From: Marsupella aquatica
Lineage: Eukaryota > Plantae > Marchantiophyta
Direction: 5' to 3'
Assembly: GCA_973895155.1 (NCBI GenBank)
Contig: OZ316891.1
Location: 1,789,324-1,853,323 of the forward strand
DNA: 64,000 nt
The translations under genes were made by a program, and so were the position numbers. The notes under the pieces are model-generated. The model did no database searches, was not told the origin of the DNA, and saw only the letters and a list, made by a program, of their open reading frames with translations. Shown here one piece after another: positions 60,750 to 64,000 of the stretch (position 1 is its first letter; the number at the start of each line of letters is the position of its first letter).

Positions 60750-62249
60750 ATGGAGGATCCTCTGGATTGGGCATCAGATTTAGAAGACAACATCGACTAT
60801 GATAGTGAAGACGATGTTGATGACGGGTGTGACCAAGATGTCGAGAACGACGAGAACAATGACCAATCTGACTATGAAATTCTAAGTCAGGAGGACATCC
60901 AGCAGCGCCAGGAAGACGTGGTTTCCAGGGTCACTAGTGTCCTATTACTCTCGCGACCTGAAGCTGTTGTTCTTTTGCAACATTTCAATTGGAACTTCAG
61001 CAAAGTGAATGAGGAATGGTTTGAAGATGAGGAGCGAGTGCGCAAAATTACAGGGCTTGTCCAATCCCATCCACAACAGGAAGAGGAAAGGAGATCTCTT
61101 CCAGAGATGTCATGCGGAATCTGCTACGAGTCGCAGAGTTCAGAGCACATGAAATCGGCCGCGTCGTGTGGGCATTTCTTCTGCGACACATGCTGGACGT
61201 CATACATCCACACCGCCATTGAAGACGGCCCAGGCTGTTTGACTCTGCGCTGCGCTCATCCGTCTTGCAGCGCTGCTATAAGGGAAGACATTGTTCTATC
61301 GCTGGTCTCACCACAGGACGGAGCCAAGTATACAAGATACCGGCTGAGAGCGTTCGTGGAAATCAGGAAGACGACCAAGTGGTGTCCGGCTCCGGGGTGC
61401 GAGTATGCAGTGGAGAGTGAGCATCTTGCTGGCTCTAAGTCCATTGTGTGCAAGTGCTCCCACAAGTTTTGCTGGACTTGTTTAGAGGAGGCTCACCGGC
61501 CTGCAGATTGTGAGACTGTTGCGAAGTGGATTCTGAGATTTAGTTCAGAATCCGAAAACATGATCTGGATTCTGGTCAATTCCAAGGCTTGTCCCAAGTG
61601 TAAGCGACCAATAGAAAAAAACAAAGGTTGCATCCATATGACCTGCCAGGCACCGTGCAGGTTTGAATTCTGCTGGCTCTGTCTTGGAGCTTGGACCACT
61701 CACAATGAGGAGTCGGGAGGAAACTACGGATGTAATGGATATGACGATGCCGTGAAACAGGGTCTGCTTGATGAAGTACAAAACAGAAGAAAAATGGCTA
61801 AAGACTCGCTAGACCGTTACACGCATTTCTATGAACGCTGGGTTGCGAATGAATCTTCGAGGAGAAAAGCCCATGAAGATCTTCAGCACGTGCAGTCCGT
61901 GATGGTCGACAAGCTCTACGACAAGCAATGCCAAACTAAGTCCGAATTGGAATTCTTGAGTAAAGCATGGCTGCAGATCGTTGAGTGTCGACAAGTTCTG
62001 AAGTGGACCTATGCACATCGTTACTACCTACCTGATCATGATCAACTGTTGGAGTACTCGCAAGCGGAGGCAGAAGCCTTTTTGGAGAGACTCCATGAGT
62101 GCGCACAAAAGGAGGTGCAACAATTTTTTGACGGTCAGGAGAGTCAAACTAGTTTCAACGAGTACCGTATTAAACTTGTAAAATTGACGAGTTTAGCACA
62201 CGAACATTTTGAGCAATTTGTACAATACGTGGAGGATGGAAGCGCGTGA
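60750..62249 (+). CDS. ARI: ARIADNE-like RBR E3 ligase, intronless copy 4, intact 499 aa
   Basis: Complete RING1-IBR-RING2 (CPKCKRPIEKNKGCIHMTC) and Ariadne domain; no lesions relative to the other copies. Confidence 0.92.
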   Translation: MEDPLDWASDLEDNIDYDSEDDVDDGCDQDVENDENNDQSDYEILSQEDIQQRQEDVVSRVTSVLLLSRPEAVVLLQHFNWNFSKVNEEWFEDEERVRKITGLVQSHPQQEEERRSLPEMSCGICYESQSSEHMKSAASCGHFFCDTCWTSYIHTAIEDGPGCLTLRCAHPSCSAAIREDIVLSLVSPQDGAKYTRYRLRAFVEIRKTTKWCPAPGCEYAVESEHLAGSKSIVCKCSHKFCWTCLEEAHRPADCETVAKWILRFSSESENMIWILVNSKACPKCKRPIEKNKGCIHMTCQAPCRFEFCWLCLGAWTTHNEESGGNYGCNGYDDAVKQGLLDEVQNRRKMAKDSLDRYTHFYERWVANESSRRKAHEDLQHVQSVMVDKLYDKQCQTKSELEFLSKAWLQIVECRQVLKWTYAHRYYLPDHDQLLEYSQAEAEAFLERLHECAQKEVQQFFDGQESQTSFNEYRIKLVKLTSLAHEHFEQFVQYVEDGSA

Positions 62250-63201
62250 GCAGATATACGGGAAAGTTTAAACGAAGGTGACACGTTATACAAAGGTGTC
62301 AGGACGTACTCCTCAAAAAAGGGGTCCAGTACCTGGCTCTCAACGCTGATCTGTGAGCAATCCGGTATAAAAGTGCCCGAGGCTTTACCAGAAGTCCATA
62401 GCGGAGTCTGCCCCTCTGGACCGTCCAACTAATACTGGGACTTATACACGAACGCTTGGGTTAATTAGGAATTCGACAGCTTTGTCGATCGTGAGCTTCT
62501 CAGCTGTCACAAGCAGGCTCACGCGATGTATAGCAAACTCAAGGACGGCCCTATTCGGCAGCGACTAAAAGCTTTGCAGGATCTAGTTTAATTTGCATCC
62601 GTAGCCTTGCATCTTGTATACATGACCGCTAGAGAACTGCTCCGGACCCACTCTGCTAGTTGTAAGCTGCCAAACCAAATTATGGCTTAGAATATATATA
62701 TGGTTAAATATGACTAGTTAGAGCCGTTAGAGCCGATTCTGATGCATTTTTTGATTGTCGGTATGAACACAAATGATCGTGCCTGTGATGATCTCTGATC
62801 AATTCGCGTAGCCATTTTTATCGTTTGTTATGACACGTAAACAATCTCATATAACTAAGTGACTTACCATCCAGATACTGGTAGGCTCTCACTTTTGTCC
62901 GTCCTGTTTGCTACTGAATTGAATACAAAATTTAGATGTCTGCTTTTGAATATCAGTCATGGCTCAAATTGGATTGATGAAAAGGAGTAGGGTGGTCATC
63001 CTTATAGTTTGGTCAATTCTCATGCTAGGGCCGAAAACGCTAAATTAAAGCTCTTGGGAATCCTTGTATTGCAACTTACTTTTGACTAAAGGTGTTCTCT
63101 AAGGTGCTCACCCTTTTAGAGGGAGAGAAAAACTGATAGGGCAATGCTTAATTAGCACTACAGGTATAGATCTCTTGTTGCTTTCATATGCAAATGCATA
63201 T

Positions 63202-63500
63202 GCCACTTCTGTGTGATCAATGCCTATTCGTCTAAGTCTCTCTTCTCACAGGGCCACCGACCACATCATTCAGAAGGCCGTCTTTTACACTCTCGATCGT
63301 GAGTTTTCATACCCTGTAGTGCTTGTCATCTGGTGGTTCCGTGATCGAAGAGCATGTAGTCTCGTATAATAATTCGTCCTTGCTATTTCTGGGTGAAGTC
63401 ATTGACCGTCAAGTGCTTACAGACTTTCTCCAGAATGCTCGACGAGAACTGCAATCTGTTGGCTCGTAAAAGGGGGTCTCAAAGCTTGAAAATTATGGAT
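63202..63500 (+). repeat. About 300-bp dispersed direct repeat (first copy at 52631-52929)
   Basis: Same sequence as 52631-52929. Confidence 0.9.
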
Positions 63501-63554
63501 AAGGGCATTAACTCCTATAATACACAGTTGCGTCACTTTTTGAAGTGATAGTCA

Positions 63555-63694
63555 TTCAAATTTGGAGAGGCTTTTTGAGTGAAAGAAAAGGGAACTGGAA
63601 AAAGAGAAAGGAATAAGAGAAAATAATTATGTTTTCAAATTTGGAGAGGCTTTTTGAGTGAAAGAAAAGGGAACTGGAAAAAGAGAAAGGAATA
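63555..63694. repeat. About 79-bp period tandem repeat, 2 copies
   Basis: TTCAAATTTGGAGAGGCTTTTTGAGTGAAAGAAAAGGGAACTGGAAAAAGAGAAAGGAATA at 63555 and 63634. Confidence 0.85.
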
Positions 63695-64000
63695 CTTAAG
63701 AGAAAATATTATGTTTTGTGTGAACACTCTTTTTCAAGGAAGAAAAGTACAAGTATTCCCCTTTACCATCCATGCTACCCCATGCTCCTCCCTCTACCAT
63801 CCATGCCACATCATCCATGCAAAGGTAATGCTGCATCTTGACATCAATCATGAGAGGAGTTTAATCACAAATATTTTACATAATCAAGAAAATAGTGCAC
63901 AATCTAATCAATGAGACATAGACAAGACGAGAAAAATAGTGAAAATTTAAAGGACGGTTTTAAAAGATATAAATAATTCCAAAAACAATTAAAAAATCAT

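Overview
This is eukaryotic plant genomic DNA, inferred to be from a non-seed land plant such as a bryophyte. It has spliceosomal introns and is TE-rich. Host-type content: an intact 10-exon subtilisin-like (S8) protease gene (11843-16717, +); an intron-free C-terminal fragment of homogentisate solanesyltransferase (19381-19998, -); four intronless ARIADNE RBR E3 ligase copies in alternating orientation (one intact, two with C-terminal frameshifts, one pseudogene); and a 3' fragment of an RLK/Pelle kinase. Copies 2 and 3 of ARIADNE lie in about 3.2-kb inverted-repeat arms. TE content: three Ty1/copia elements (one full-length with TSD, one internally deleted, one Bianca-like with TSD), a solo LTR, a 1.5-kb TG..CA insertion and a MITE. 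The most notable object is an 8.37-kb TIR DNA transposon (30167-38532; 25-bp TIRs, 4-bp CTAA TSD) inserted into the solo LTR. It carries a decayed Sola-like DDD transposase on the + strand. On the - strand it carries a ParB/Sulfiredoxin-fold gene, two F-box-like ORFs and a small Cys-rich ORF. Its intergenic and intronic DNA holds about 16 copies of the 14-bp palindrome CGATAAATTTATCG, which suggests a TE-encoded protein/cis-site module (ParB/parS-like or anti-silencing). All assignments come from reading motifs by eye; no database searches were run.
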